A stretch of DNA of 63,928 bases, filler included, from Octopus bimaculoides (taxonomy: Eukaryota): NCBI RefSeq assembly GCF_001194135.2. It is 6 parts of 6 records of this genome, joined end to end, with 100 filler letters (N's around TTAATTAATTAA, not from the genome) between each part and the next. Parts side by side here need not be neighbours in the genome. Positions count along the whole stretch, not along the records: positions 61,672 to 63,928 come from NC_069001.1; 5 more parts are not named here. One strand, given 5' to 3'. Below are positions 63,525 to 63,928 of this stretch, piece by piece. Made by a program: the position numbers and the translations under genes. The notes beneath the pieces are model-generated. The model saw only the letters and a list, made by a program, of their open reading frames with translations. It ran no database searches and was not told the DNA's origin. Every line of letters begins with the position of its first letter. Within the stretch, counting starts at the first letter, position 1.

Positions 63525-63928
63525 GTATTATTGAATGAGAGAGCAGTGTATGCCATCAAAGTGACACTGGGGGTAAAATATACGAAGGCCAGTATACCCA
63601 GCATGACTACCCGTCAGATAAGGGTACACTAGCCAGATGCATCACAACCAAATGTGCGTGACATGGTGATCTTATATCAAGATTAACAGCGCATGACCTC
63701 GCAGGTGGGGCCCAGTTAGAATTTTCTTCAGGTCGAGTAGCCCATGTGCTCAAAAGGTCCTTGAATAAGGGTTGTTTAATAATATGAACGAAACACCCAT
63801 GTTTCCAGAGGTGAATGATTCAAACTCCTAAGAATTCTTCTCAACACATGGCTATGATGTTCCCCACCCATAACTTCTGCTCGTGATCAAAGATGCACAT
63901 AGCGTCAGTCACCACGTTCTGAGATCAA
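63525..63928 (-). repeat. unclassified dispersed repeat, runs off the window edge
   Basis: GGGGCCCAGTTAGAAT(T/C)TTCTTCAGGTCGAGTAGCCCAT is shared with 51059-51098. The left end reads CTCTCTCATTCAATAATA on -, like a retroposon tail. Confidence 0.55.

Overview
Eukaryotic, repeat-dense draft-assembly DNA, most likely octopus (coleoid cephalopod). This rests on my recognition of the tRNA-derived SINE families from memory, not a database search. There are no prokaryotic genes, operons, CRISPR arrays, rRNA or real tRNA genes. Most ORFs in the supplied track are artefacts of microsatellites and N-gaps. The window holds three tRNA-SINE families, Tc1/mariner relics and a MITE, hAT termini, an internally deleted Helitron, an RTE LINE, three R4/Dong-like LINE ends and Penelope pieces with a hammerhead-like motif. 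Five artificial 100-nt gap linkers (44N-TTAATTAATTAA-44N) mean contiguity across them is not guaranteed. The only plausible host coding sequence is an unidentified minus-strand exon candidate at 43909-44185. I found no convincing novel multi-gene system; the best leads are that exon and several RNA-structure and TE-rearrangement observations.
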